Below, piece after piece: positions 63,561 to 64,000 of a stretch of DNA of 64,000 nt. The translations under genes and the position numbers were made by a program. The DNA is from Octopus vulgaris (taxonomy: Eukaryota). The stretch lies in assembly GCA_951406725.2 (NCBI GenBank), contig OX597834.1:25668001-25732000 (forward strand), given 5' to 3'. The notes under the pieces were generated by a model that was given only the letters and a program-made list of their open reading frames with translations, was not told the origin of the DNA and made no database searches. Every line of letters begins with the position of its first letter. The stretch's first letter is position 1.

Positions 63561-64000
63561 TTCATTGTGACTTGCTCAAGGACATAAGACACCAGTCAGT
63601 TTGAGAATTGAACCTGTAACCTCATGATCTGGAGCCCAATACAATAACCACTAGGCCACATGGTTTTAGCTGTGTTTAAGGAGAAGAGAATTCTAAGAGG
63701 TAAGCGCATATCTTTTGTTACAGAAGGAATGGGAAGTATGACCAATGATGAGGAAAAGGCGGGGGGGGGGGGAGACAGAGGATGCTATGAGTTTGTGAAA
63801 GTGAAAGTAAATGATTAGTTTTTGCAGTTCATGAATATAAAAAACTTTTTCTGAAAATTCCTCAAAGAAATATGTTTATCTTGTAGAGTAGGATATAAAA
63901 ATGGTTAAGATAAATGTCAGAGATATGCTGACTTGAAGAGTAGGTTGTAAGATTGGTTAAGATAAATGGCAGAGATATGCTGACGTTAAGAATAGGCAGT

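Noticed and set aside
63901-63996. Short tandem duplication (~52 bp) at window end
   Set aside because: Two diverged copies only; ordinary slippage product.

Overview
AT-rich, repeat-dense eukaryotic non-coding DNA, most likely intronic or intergenic sequence from an octopus-like cephalopod. That assignment is inferred from tRNA-derived SINE families resembling the octopus OK/OR1/OR2 types and abundant (TA)n/(CA)n/(CAT)n microsatellites. No intact host protein-coding gene is recognisable, and the ORF track is almost entirely microsatellite or SINE read-through. The window holds at least five tRNA-derived SINE families (labelled A, B, C, D, H here), LINE fragments (CR1-like, RTE-like, CRE-like), non-autonomous Helitrons, and Merlin-like, hAT-like, piggyBac-like and mariner-like MITEs or remnants. 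The main oddities are a 7x137-bp tandem array of a LINE ORF2 end, a local cluster of Merlin-like MITEs inside a CpG-retaining domain that starts at a promoter-like site (~31.8 kb), and a TSD-flanked RTE-derived element with a highly structured 5' end. Also notable are one SINE head carrying three different tails, repeated SINE-into-SINE junctions at one site, a double-palindrome enhancer candidate, and candidate microexons. Family names come from motif recall, not database searches.
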